A model generated the notes under the pieces. It was not told where the DNA came from and searched no databases. It worked only from the letters and a program-made list of their open reading frames with translations. A DNA stretch of 64,000 bases from Takakia lepidozioides (lineage: Eukaryota > Plantae > Bryophyta), in assembly GCA_030704615.1 (NCBI GenBank), contig CM060734.1:25048001-25112000 (forward strand). Direction: 5' to 3'. Shown here one piece after another: positions 50,216-63,102 of the stretch. Position numbers and translations under genes: made by a program. Position 1 is the first letter of the stretch, and each line of letters begins with the position of its first letter.

Positions 50216-52755
50216 TATTTTGTCAGTTAAGTGTCCACTTCATGTCAAATTGTTGTTATATATTGCAAAGGGACTGCTTTTGCATGAGCTGGGAAGACAC
50301 AAAAAGAGGGCGGATGTCAGCAAGGGGGCAGATTTCGATGATGGCCGTGCTGCTGGATGATTGCAAGACACTGAGGGGGCTTCCTTGAGGCAGCTACTGC
50401 GCCAGGTCTGCTCACCACTCTTCGAGATGGTTCGGAGGTAAGGTTGTTCTACTGGATACAGTTTTTGGAGTGTGGTATTTGCACGCCGCGTGTTAGATAT
50501 GATGCCCAAGACAGATTTGATCTCATGGATCATCCTCTCTTTTGTTCCAAACTCCCTCGGGAGTTGGGGCTGCTCTGCTTGCCGCATCTGGTATGTGAAG
50601 AAATGACAATGATGAAAATATGTACCCTTGTTTCCATGCTAGTTTGGTCCCTGAAAAAGTGATCAAAGTTGTTGCGTTCCTCAAACATCTGTGAGTTGGT
50701 GCAAGTGGGGGGGAGCTCTGGTGGGGTCTGGTTTTCCTGTCGTTCGGACATCCGCAGGGTACGGTGGATGCAAGTGGCGAGTGCTGGTCTTGTCTCCCAG
50801 CGAACCTCAGCATTGACGGTTCCTCCGAATCCAAACAGGTTTTGAGGAACAGGGATGTCAAATATCGGTTGGTTTTAGTATTGGTAATGATAGGATGATG
50901 AGCATCGCCAACAGCAATCATTTACAGTCGTTTTGTGCTTCCCAGAAGTACCCTAGTTTCTACTCTTGCGTGCTTCCAATTCTCTGCTGATTCAATGCGA
51001 GACTTTAGTCGTACCATAAGCAATATAGTAGTGGCCAGGGTTGGAGATTAGGTGAGGTTAGTTATTATGAAGTTTTTCAGCTCTAGCTCACCCTGTTAAG
51101 GAAGAAGGCTGGTGAACATAAGCAGCCTCTTCACGGTTCTTGCCCCCAGGCTTGACCGACCCATTTTCTTTTCGGTATGCTTCACATCTCTAATTTGAGC
51201 TTATAGCAACATTCAAAAAAAATATTCCAAAAATAAGAGCTCAAGGAGATAACTCTTTTCAGGGATTGAATTCTCTTTGGCTTACTTTGTACTCAGCTGT
51301 GTGCTTCTAAATATGAATGCCCACATCTTTGAATGTATCTTTTATTCCAATTTGTTTGATAAAAAATGTCTAAATACATCATATGGAATATTTATCAATT
51401 CAAATTTATCAACAATCTACTCCAGTTGAAGTGTACAGGGCACACCAATATAATGCTAGCCAAGTGCCACACGAAATCATTATGTATTCCGTTGTCCACA
51501 ACTATAATATCAATTTAGCATAAATACCATGAACACGTGGGGAACACATTTTCAAATGATGCTGTCGTGTGAATATGCAAACCCAAATTGCATGAACGTG
51601 CCAATAGGCAATTGTGCGTGATGGACAGTCACAGCATACACACCAATCGCATTCTTTTCGTGTAATAATTGTTAAAGTCATGATGATATCATGATTGTGT
51701 GGTTATAATGCATAACACTATGACACCAATATAGTTTGGATATAGCACGAACCCATGAAACTCCGGAAAAAGTGTCGTATTTATTGGGTATCCATGGCAC
51801 GGCAAATTAGAGATGGCGACCAACATGCGGCATTATTGAAGGTGGCGGCGGCGCTGACCGGTACGGTGGCAGACGCCAGGTCGAATCATGGCTGCGAGGG
51901 GAGACCTCCCGTCGCGCGGCGCATCTATGTTATGGCCATGGAAGCTTCTATGATCATCCTGAGAAATGGACGGCTCAGATTAAATTTTAGATGTTATGCT
52001 AGATGTGGACGCATATGCCATGGACGATATACATCCACGTGGCGGCCATGCAAAACTCGTACGTCCAAGTACTGACGGGTACAGGAGCCCCCCACGTGCC
52101 TGTATCTATCGCTGGTACGCCAGGGCTCTCGCTCAGCCTCTTTGGGTACTGATTCCCCTGCTCTCCATGCATCATGTATGGGTGAAATCGTCCACATCCT
52201 CATGGAACTCCGACACTACATAAGGGGCTCATTCTCCCTCTCATTTCTTCATGTCTGGGCAAAGCCCTGCCAAATTGGGGAGTGTAGGTTTTGGGGAGGG
52301 TGCGAGAAGACTGAGAGTGCTCTTTCTGCTCCGTTAACTTTTGCTCTCAATCTCTCTCTCTATTTCCCGCAGATTTCCATCCTCATTTCAGGCATCCTCC
52401 GTTTCATGTCTTGGTCAAGTCAAGAGGGATTGTTAAGGGATAAAATCATTTTTATTTTTTTTGCATTTGTATTCTGCATCTGTTTATTCCTTTCCTGGTG
52501 GTTCAATGCATTGTAGTGTTAGGGTTAAGGCAAAGAGAACGAGAGATCTTTCGTCATCCTGAGCAGAGTTCTCTTATAATGTCATGTCACGGGAGATCAC
52601 GATGTCGGCATCTGTTTCGATTTTAAGATCCATTGTACGGGAGATCTCCCGTCAGCTGGCATATTGTCATACCTGAGTTTGTTTGGAGTTAAATTGAACC
52701 GTATTGAGTTGGATAGTTAGAACGGTTTAGCACGGAAGATCTCCCGTGGTCCAAG

Positions 52756-55700
52756 ATGGTTGCATCTATTGGAGAGCTGTCTGTCGGAGAAGTCGTGAGT
52801 CTACTCCATCTCGTCTGCTCTGGATGTCCACAATTGGTTGCTGAGGGCACCTGTCTGAATATATTGGGAGATGGATTTTGTCATGGCAGGTGTCTCTCTA
52901 GGAGTCTAGTGAGTGTCGTATTGAAAACCATGATACATGGAATGGAGTCCATCAGCTTGTCGTATTCACATCTAGAAGCGGAAACTATTGGAGAAGCCGT
53001 GGGAACACCCGTGGTCTGGAACGTCAGTCATGTTCAAAAACTTCTACAATCGGAGGATGAAAGGGCTAGGTCCGATATAGGAGCAAGCACAAAAGTCGTA
53101 GAGGATACAATACAGAAGGAGAGTGCCAACCCTCAAAAAGGCGCACGAGAGATTTTTGGAAGAGATACTTGGCGTCATCAGATGTGCAATCTTCTCAATG
53201 ACGAAATGGACGTCATTGCTGAAGGCCGGATTGAGGCTTGCCTCCCTGAGCAAGTTATTCTGCGTAAGAATCTCGGAGAGGATCACGTTGGTGTAATCGT
53301 TATAGGAGTTGGTGGGTCGGCTCAGGATATGTTAATGTCAATTAGAAAATGACGTCTTATACATACTACACTTTGAAACGGCCGTAAACTATCAGAGTTG
53401 CTCACTAAGTATTATGAAGATCACGACTCAGACACGGAGGATGACCAACTCGAAGGAGTTAAAAAATCCCAATATAAATGCTTGAAGAGAGTTCGAAGGG
53501 GAATCGAGGACTCAAGGGGGGGGAAAAATGATTCGACTCTTAAATTCGGAATCAATTCAAGCAATAAGCTCGGTGAGCTGTTGTGGTAGAAATTGTTGTC
53601 AACACTTCAGCTGGGAGAAGACTAAGGCTATCCAGAGTAAGTTCTGGGCATCTTCCTTTGAAGCAAAGAGAGAGTTAGGGTTTGACATCCCCCGACGATT
53701 ACACAAACTTCCAGGTTGTGGTCGTCATGCCTACCTCACCATGGAAGGAGTTGAGGTTTGTGAGAAGGCGTGGTGGACAATCCATGGAATCGGAAGGTCA
53801 ACGTACCTTGGATACACGAGGAAGAGCAAGAACGGATACATCTCGTCAATGCATATGAATAGAGGAATGAAGAAGCCCCGACCAAAAACCGTACAGGCAG
53901 AGACAAATTTTACTTTCGCTGGTTTCAAGAAATAGTGACCTTATGCCTCATAAGATGAAAGGTATCGGAGAAGGAAGGTAAGAGGTTTTGAAGTTGCTAC
54001 CTGTCGAAATTAATTGGACAGAGGTGAACAGACAGTCCAATGAGGTACGATGATGTCTAGCAACCCATTTTAGATCTGCCTCTATGAATTTTCCACTTTC
54101 TCATTTTAAAGGGAGGGGAGATCACGGGAGATCTCCCCGTCCTCATTCTCCCCTCCTCGTGCTAAAAGTTGAAATCGAATTTTAAAGATGTAAACGGACA
54201 GTCCATTGATGTACAATGATTTCCAGGCAGCATATTTTAAATTGGCCTCTATGAAATTTTCAGTTTCTCATTTTATGGGGAGAGGATATGACGGGAGGTC
54301 TCCCGTCCTCTTTCCTACATGTTGCGTCGTGCTCCCCGTCGAAACTGTATCGGGGAGAGTTCGTCCACCTCTGTACGACGATGTTCTGGCTTCAGGCGTT
54401 TGATGTGCCTCCATCAAATTGCATCTTTCTAGATGTTAGAGTATCGAGCTCCAGTAAAGCTAGAAATCGTATCAATGTCAATGGAATATATCCTAGTTAG
54501 TTTGTACATTTAGGTCACGGGAGATATCCCGTCCTAAAGACCATACATATTATATATTGTTCGTTTTTATCGTGAGATACATTAATATATCCCACGAATT
54601 GGACTCTTGGATCAGACAAACAAACAAATGGGTCTAGTGCCATTGTCGAAGTTTGGGATAAGCCGAATTCAAACGAAGGTATTTGGGAATGTTGAGGTTT
54701 GAAAATCTGGTGGAAAATTTGCGAAGTGCACAAAGTGTGAGATATTCAAAGATCTTATCAATAAATCAATCAACGGAACTGAGGAGCAGAAAAGCACAAG
54801 AAGAAAATTGGAGAGACACTTGAAGCATCAAGAGTCATGTCGCAGGCTTTACCATAGTTGGCGGAATGAATCAACGATGGTGAGTGAGGAGTTTCTATGT
54901 ATTATTCACGATAAGATGGATGGATAAGATGGATAAGATGAATCACTCGAAGACTGCCTTGCCACGGCTCTTGATCGTAATAAACAAGATGATATGAGGT
55001 ATTGTGACCCACGGCCATGGTTACGGTGTCTATGCTCAGTTCTCGAACGAATTCTGGTGAAATGATCCGAACTTTACGATCGGCTCCTTGGCTTGCACTT
55101 GAGAAGCCCACGAGAAGCCCACATGTCGAAAGTCAAGAGAGATTTTTTATAGAACTCATTTTTTGAAACTATAATGAGGGGAAAGTCTGGATGTGAAAGG
55201 GCACTGAAGCCTATGGATTCTAAAGGTCCTGTTGGACCCAAGCCATTATCCCGTTGACTATATCTGCACAAATGGACAACTGAAAATGAGAACAAAAATC
55301 ATTGGATGTTAGTTTTTTTGTCACTCTTGACGGCGAGAGGTGTTTTTGAAGAGATCCAACTTGGATTCTTGATGTTTGGTCACACCCACAAGGACATTGA
55401 TGCATACTTTAGTTATCTCTCGAGGAAGTTGAAAGAGAACACATATATTTTTCCGGATCTCATGCGTCTTTTTATGGAGTCTCAACATCTCTCGTTTATC
55501 CCTCAGTTGATACAGGAGGTCCCAGACTTCAAAAAGTTTGTGGATGGATTTATTATTGATGGGAATGACAGGCTAATCAAGTTCTATGTTGATTATGACG
55601 GTTGGCATGTAATGTAGTATAAGAAATCGGCAACCAACGCTGACTGGCTTCCGAAGCAGGGTGCTGTGAAAATGTGGAAGGTTAGTGAGGACGGGAATAG

Positions 55701-56404
55701 TCTCCCCTGCTACCCCGGGGGGAGCCGTAACTTGTTCCACTGCAACCTATTTGGGGAGACACGAACAATGCAAAGACAAAAGAGAATAATGCCAAAATTG
55801 TTAATGGTCTTTCAAAGTACCACGAATTCTGGAGACGTAGGATGGATATGAACAAGAACTATGGAAACATCATGAAGAACTATGATGAATATTGGAAGGA
55901 TGTTTTACTGGAACCTGACCAGCCATTGCCAGAGCCAAACGACAAGCTTGAAGAAGGGTTTTGGCCTTCGACTCGTTGAAAATATAACCATGATAAAGAT
56001 GGGATTAGGGTTGAATATCAGAGTGAGGAAGAGTCAGAAGATGAGGATCGCAACCAACTGCATCCATATTATGGACCAAAGAGTCAGAAACCTAAAGAGC
56101 CAATAAACCCATTCAAAGATATTGAAGTTGGAAACTTCGTACTTGTTTGACCACTAGACACAGAGACATATCCAGTTTGATAGGTGTGACAATTTTAGAT
56201 GTCGTTCGTGACCGTTCAGATGCGAGATATCGGCAAGTCTTTATGGAGTGGTGGAGACCTATCAAAGGTGGTGCGCCGAAGGACGTGGAGAGATATAGAA
56301 ACTGTTGGGACAAAGCTTGGGAGTTCGATGAATCTGATCCGCCTACGTGGATACATATGAACAGTGTGGTGTGGACAATGCGTCATCAGAAGAACACCTT
56401 GTAG
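52756..56404 (+). pseudogene. Decayed Sola1/DUF7869-like DDD transposase gene with introns
   Basis: CCGRNCC, VCEKAWWTIHGIGRSTY, FAKCTKC, CIIHDKMD, LYLxxD/ENKN (frameshifted), FLMFGHTHKDIDAYFS; Tudor-like C-terminus (IEVGNFVLV...MEWWRP...WDKAW). Confidence 0.7.
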
Positions 56405-57019
56405 GTGCATTAAAAAACGCTCGGATTGTTTTTTGAGCCAGGAGAGCCGAATTGCATACAGACAGTGAAGAACAAGGACCATTTGTATCAGAAACGGCAA
56501 AACATCGACACAGCTACTTGTATGGCCCGCAAATGGAAGAGTCTGCATTGTCCATGAAGCCAAAGCGCTCAGGAGTTTATATTATTAGGGTACCTCCAAG
56601 AAACTCCAAGGAGCAACAGTTGAAGGCGTGCGATTCCAGTCGTCCGTTCGAACATCTACGGGCCGATTAAATGACTGCAGACAACAGTCTGTCTGTTCCT
56701 CACCTCAACGTCTGATCGCTATTCAAAGCAAATGCAAGCAAGGAGTGCTTGGCCTTAAGAAGAAAACGTCGATGAGCCTGTGCTTTAAATGACACGGTTG
56801 ACAACGGTCTCGCAATTACAGGTAGAAATTTTCACGTTGCTTCAACGCAGTTTCATGAGGACACTGGAGGCGTGGAGCACACATGCTCATGATACAATTT
56901 CATTTTCATGCTCGGATACGTCGGTGACAGGGATCAAGCATGGGTTCCCATGTATTTTAGTTCATTCATGCAAACAGACATTGCAATGCGGCAAGCAGCA
57001 AACTGCCGGCAGTGATCTC

Positions 57020-57745
57020 TTTTTCCCAGCCAACAGGTTCAAGTGGGAGGGGATACACCTGCTTCGAGTGTGGGAGGATGGTCGGGTGAGGATCGTACCT
57101 CACCCAACACAGCATGCACGGTTAGTGCGGCATGCCCATGAGGAGTTGGGGCATTTTGGAGTGCGATGCACTCATAGTTTACTGCAGGGGCAGTATTGGT
57201 GGCGTGGTATGCACACAGATGTGCAATAGTTCGTGGCTAGGTGCATGGTGTGTGACAGGGTGCGTGCTTCATTCAATGTCCCTACACCATAGTTGCATCC
57301 TTTACCCATCATGGGATTGGGCTACAGGTGGAGTCTTGACTTCGCAGGGCCTTTGCCACTGACAATGCGTCACCACAGATATGTGTTGGTGATGGTGGAG
57401 CACTTCTCCAAGTGGATTGAGTTGGTTCCATTGCCTGACAAGGCTAGTGAGGGGGCTGCGTATGCATTCCTGGATCGTGTGCTTAGCCGATTCGGTGCTC
57501 CAACTGAGGTACTCACGGACCAAGGGAGAGAGTTCTTGGGGGAGTTTCAGGCTTTGTGTGATAAAGCCTTGATAGACCAGCGTACCATTTCTCGGGATCA
57601 TCCTGAGGCCGATGGCTTGGCAGATAGAGTGGTGCAGACGGTGAAGAGGAGTTTGCGCAAGTATGGCTTGCAAAAAGGACACCTAGGAGATTGGGATCTT
57701 CAGATACTTTGGCTAGCCATGGGCTACAGGTTTAGCAAGCAAACA
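57020..57745 (+). pseudogene. Ty3/Gypsy integrase fragment from a third family
   Basis: HEELGHFG...YWWRGM...CMVCD, WSLDFAGPLP, VMVEHFSKWIE, VLTDQGREF, HPEADGLADR. Confidence 0.9.
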
Positions 57746-60700
57746 CGAGGACATTTCCACTTTTTAGTGTGAATTCAATTCAAGGAGCTTCCAAAGAGTC
57801 TTGATCTTCTTCAAAAAATCCTAAAGAGGTTTTATCCAGCGGTAGCGGCCGACTGGGATTTTGCTGTATTAAGTACATTCAGCGAACAGGACGAAGCCGG
57901 AATCGAGTGCTGTTTGGGGAAGGTTTTTAATGTGTGGTTAAAAGTGATACAAGATGATGTGGGAGGAATTTCAGGCCCAAGCGTTGATCTGTTCATAACC
58001 AAAAAATACGCTACGCGTTGAAAGCTGTGTTTTCACATGCAATAAGCGCTTGTTGATTTTCCATGGTTGATGGTGCAACCACATGGACCTGAAGTTTGGT
58101 GGGTGTTTCAAGCATACCACAAGGGCATTTGTGGCCAAGTTTCAAGATTTTTGGAAGAGGTTATCAACAAATTATCATTTTTGAAGTTTTCGAGTGCCCG
58201 TGGCCACAAGAAATTCATTTGGAGTGAATTTTTTGGCTTAAAAAATCTACCACCGGCCCTAAAACAGCTGGTTGTATGAAATGTGTCACCTACCAACCAA
58301 GAAGTGATTGATTTCTTTTCTCATCCAAGGATTTTGGATGTTCCATCCAATCTTTTTTTTATAGTTTTTCTAATATAAGTAGCTTAGGAGGTGAGCTTGT
58401 TCACCACTTCACTCTTATTTTTTTGCTTGTAGTTGCCTCCAAGCATATAAAAGCTTGGATGACCGTACTAACATGGGTACCTAGGTGAGCTAACCCTTGA
58501 GGTTAAGCCATGATGCTATGTGAAGGTACCATACAAGATTGTCATGCCATGGATGAGGGTTGCCTAAAAAGTGGCGCCAAAGAGGGGGTGGTATGGCAAT
58601 AGCCATGTGTTGACCATGGTACTTAGGCGGACTTGCGCCACAGGGCGCACTAAGGCGTTGACCCATTTTGCTTTAAGCAGCTCGACAGCCCCATGTGGGG
58701 AGAAATGGCCACATAGGCTGGGCCCGCGCCCTCCATTAAACCTGAGTTAAATACTTCTGCGACCAGCGATCACTGCAACGGACCGCCTGGCAGCGACCCC
58801 CGGTCCGTCTAGATGGCCTATGGTGTCGCGCCACGCCGTCATATGGACCAGCGGTAAAGATAGTACTCTTATCCAGCGGTATAACTTTTAAAGGGGGTCT
58901 TGAGGGAAAAAAAATACTTTTGTGGGAAAAGAGTTCCGTCCGGTTAGGGGCGGCTCACCATGTTAAGGTTTTTGCGGCTAGCCTTGAAATTGTAATAGAA
59001 GGACGAGGGCTTGAGGTCCATTCTTTGGGTATGGACTAGGGAGTTTGATATCCAAACGGCCACTCAGCCCATGCCGAGAACGGACGAGATGTCCAAAGGT
59101 TTTTGACGAGGAAAAGGGGGTTTAGATTGGGAGAGAAGGTCATTTCTGGGTGCACCCAGTCTTAAAATGCGCTTGGGGAAGGTGGAGGAACCAGCAGCGG
59201 TCCCACAGGATATTATTAAGGGGGGTAAGAGGCGTGTTTTGAGGTAGGGGGAATGGTGGGATTATTTTGGATGAGGATGGATGAAATTTATCTGGATGAA
59301 ATATGCAGTATTTCATCCACGAGATAAAATATCCTCCCAGCGTGGGGGAAAGGATTTGAACCTAGGATCTTGAGGTTGGGGTCAATTATTAAAGGTTGAG
59401 GGGGGAGATTTTGGACCTATAGGGTGCTTCCCTAGGTTTCCCTCACCATGAAGAGAGTTTTGGGCAAAAGGAAGTGGCTAAAGAGTTATCTCATATGCCA
59501 TTGGCAAGCTTAGACCAAGACCCACCTAATGCTTATTTTTCCAGAATTAGTGATTTTTCAGCTTGGGAAATTAATTTAAATTATGTTTTCAGCTTAGAAA
59601 ATCGCAAAAAAATAGGAATAGAAGTAATTAAATATAGAATTTTTATTTCTATTTCTTAATTAAAAGAGTTTGCCTATGATAGTATTTTTTCTCATTTTCC
59701 TTATTGACATCTAGTACTAGAAAATAGCCAACATCTCTAGAAATTAGCAGGAAATGGGATATTGTCCAGGTGAATAGCTTTTCTTCTAGGCTAGGGTGTG
59801 CTCTCCCCTCCGGATAGCGGGAACGTAGGCGACCCCTTTGTGCACACGTGCGATCCGGGGAAGCGTGTTTGTGAAGCAACCCAGACCTAAGCGGCTTGCC
59901 CTTAACGTTTTGTAGAGTCTTCCGGAAACAGTCACTCCAGTCGAAAAGAACTTTCCGAGAGCGCTGATAGCTCCGGGGTGAAGCCGTGTTAACGCTAATA
60001 AAGAAGTCTTGGAAAGCAATTAGTTAGGAGTAGATTCTGTAGGTCACACAAATGAATTTGGCCCCGCAAACATAGGAGTTGGACCCTGTGTGTGCTGGGT
60101 GGTAGTTAGGATAGCGGGAGGAGTTCCCTCCGTCGACCGCTGACCCTCCGCCAAGCTTAGCGACGCATCTCACAGGTGGGCGGTTCTTGAGCCCAACCCA
60201 CCTCGTCGCCGGCTAGGCCCCGGATCGACGTCGTCTTTTTCCCCTTCGTGATTGCGCGTGGGGCGAGGCTCGTCACACCTCCAAGTCGAGCTTTAAACGT
60301 ATTGGAAAAGCGGAAGCAGATAAGACGAAAGCAAATCTCGATGCTGCGAATGATCAAAGTGAATGTGATGAAGTATAGTGTAGAGAGGTGCTCGGGAGAT
60401 CTCCCGTGCTAAAATCACCACATGATTTGTGAATGTTGATCTTAGTCGTGATTGTAGATTAGCTTATGGGATCTCATTTGATAATCAGAAGGTGACCTTG
60501 AATTGTCTGGCTCGACCATTTCAACCTTTCAAATTCTTAACATCTATATCTCTAGCGATTTTAACTGTGACTGCTGGCATTTTAGTTTAACTTTGTTTTG
60601 TTTGATGGTCTATTGCTTTACACATGGAGCGCGGGAGATCTCCCTTGCTGACTTCATTAACCTCATGATTTTTGTTTATTTATCTTAGTGCTGATTGTAG

Positions 60701-61513
60701 AGTATAGTAAGGATTCCCAAATTTTGATGTTCTGAAGATGATAAAGAATTGTCGGGTCCGAAAACTGTAATATTTCAATGGCGGGATGTCCAACAGTGGC
60801 CCTTTAAGATTTTTTTACGTTTTAACTTGTTTTTTCTCGATGGTTCTATTGATTTCAGGTGTAACACGTGGTATGTCTCGATGACTTCTCGACATTTACT
60901 TTTGCGGAGATTGTAGAATATAGGATGGATTCTTATTTGGTCTTCAGAAGGTAACAAATAACTTTTTGTAACTCCAACTACTGTAACTTTGGGTAGTTAG
61001 GGTGGTCACCTGCGTCTTCTGTAACTCCTCCCTGTACCCCAAGGGGAGTTACACTCCCCACCATGTAACCTGGTATAACCCTTAGTGGAATTACACTCCC
61101 TTCAGTTCCATGTCACTCACAAAGAGGGTGGGGAAGATTTGACATGTCGGCAACCAGCTACCATCACGCTGTCAGAGATTGCTCGTGTGCATTAAGTTCT
61201 TCCATTATTCCTAGTGTTCTCCAGTTTGGAGCATGAGCTATACCCAAGAAACTTTAATCATTTCAAATACATATAAAGTAAAGTAACAACATTTTACCTA
61301 CACCATCTTCCGGTGCCCATTAAGCTGCAGCTAGCTGATAGCTGACCATTTTAGGGCACCAACACCACAAGGTGGAAAATATCATCACATCATGACCTTT
61401 CTAAACACCAAATGAAAACCAGGCGCCTTGAGGATAAATGCTAGTGCAAAATGATGAAAATACAGCTCTATGCATATTTTCTCCAAAAAGTCAACTTAAC
61501 CTAGCACAATCAA

Positions 61514-63102
61514 TTACAAGAAATAATCTGGTGTCCGCCGCGTCACATCTGGTTCTCCTCGCCTTGGTGCAGGTTCAAACTATGCCCAGCCCCAACATAT
61601 ATCCACCAATATCACTCCGTACCTGCTCCCCTCTTCTGTGCTGTTCAAACTGGACACAAGGTCTAATGTAGGCAGACCAGGGGTTAGAAAAGGGTACTCA
61701 TCGGTCGGTTTGGTGATGCTAGATTGGACTGATACTACACCAGCCCTCAGAGTATGTCCAAGCCTACAAATCTCTGGTGCAGTTCCTGCTGGAAAGGAAT
61801 CTAGAACTACGGCAAACATACGACTGTACCATGGAAAGGTGGAAGCTGTAAATGTACGAGACATACCTGGATAAAAGTATGGCCCATGGCATCATCCACC
61901 TCCAAAATGGATGCCATGTTCCCTGCACCGTACCAGATATTTGAGAGAATCAAGAAATCATTATTTGCATTGCTTTAATGCAGTGCAGAACTTGGATTTT
62001 ATTCGGAACAAAGCAAAACGTGTGGCACAACAAAGGCGGCAAAGGGTGTACCACAGCGATAGCAGTAGTTGGGAGCACTAAATATGGTCACCACCTTATG
62101 TTCCTGCCCTCCATCCAACACACATGGCACCCGCAATTGAGCACTGGAAGCACTGCTAGATCACCAAGAACTCAAAGATATTCTAGAAGAGCCACAAGCC
62201 TGTGGCATCAACAGTGATCCAAGGAGGGAGGGCGTGACGTAATTGAAAAAACAAAGAGCAAAGAGAGGAGATGGGCCTGGGACATACGTGTCCCCAGTTA
62301 TAGCCCTCCATGACTAATTGATGGGCGCGTGCCACCAGTTTTAAGTTGTTGTTGTGATTGAACTGCTCTGATATGTCCTGCACTCACCAAATCCCCTTTC
62401 TCTTCAGCCGCGTTACCTCTCCACAAATCATTTCATCAGGACACTCATAAGCAGCCTGAACCATGATATGTAACCCTATCTCCTACACAAACTGTCACTG
62501 GCCATTAAGCATATGTGTTGCCTAGGGTGTTCCACCCAGAGCATACCAGCTACTTAGAAGATGGGTGACTTAAGTTAGACACAGATGGCCCACTGGAAGT
62601 CACTGCCTTATTTCCCAGCATCTCCAGAGTTTAATATACACTAGAATACTTCAGCCAATGCTTTCCACAGGACCTCCAGGGCCGCAGACATGACATCCCG
62701 TGTGAAGCATGGTATCCCAGTTTCCAGGCCCAAGCTGCGAAACAGAGGGTACAGCCAGACAAACATACAACAATACGAGGTTAACAAATTAGACTGGGTG
62801 TAAATTAATCCTCAAAAAGATGATCTCGAAGACTGGTAGTAGAAATATATGTAATGGAGAACACCCACTTAAATGTGACAAGATATAGGACTTGAAGAGG
62901 GGCTTCTGACCTGGCCAAAGGTGTAGCCAGCACCACGAGGAGAGATGCCCCAACCACAGCGATCATCGGGATCAGACCACAGTAGGTCACACATAGGGCC
63001 CTCATGTGGAACCTCTTGCACCCGTTCCAGGTCGCGAATGTGGTCCAGCGAATCAATGCTCGGTGATAGTCCCCCATGCAAACAAAATATTTCTGACTCC
63101 AC
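61514..63102 (-). CDS. PP2A: Serine/threonine protein phosphatase 2A catalytic subunit, last five exons (62911-63102, 62288-62377, 62052-62103, 61867-61922, 61514-61579); 5' exons not found, probably beyond the window
   Basis: Spliced translation [15 protein letters not shown]...[10 protein letters not shown]...[17 protein letters not shown]...[43 protein letters not shown]...[23 protein letters not shown]; all GT-AG and in phase. Confidence 0.97.

Noticed and set aside
59340-59420. tRNA gene on the minus strand (GGTTCAAATCC B box)
   Set aside because: No A box or cloverleaf upstream; only an isolated T-loop-like motif.
58400-60350. Possible LTR or other element terminus
   Set aside because: GC-richer, non-coding and promoter-like, but no second copy, TG...CA pair or TSD identified in the window.
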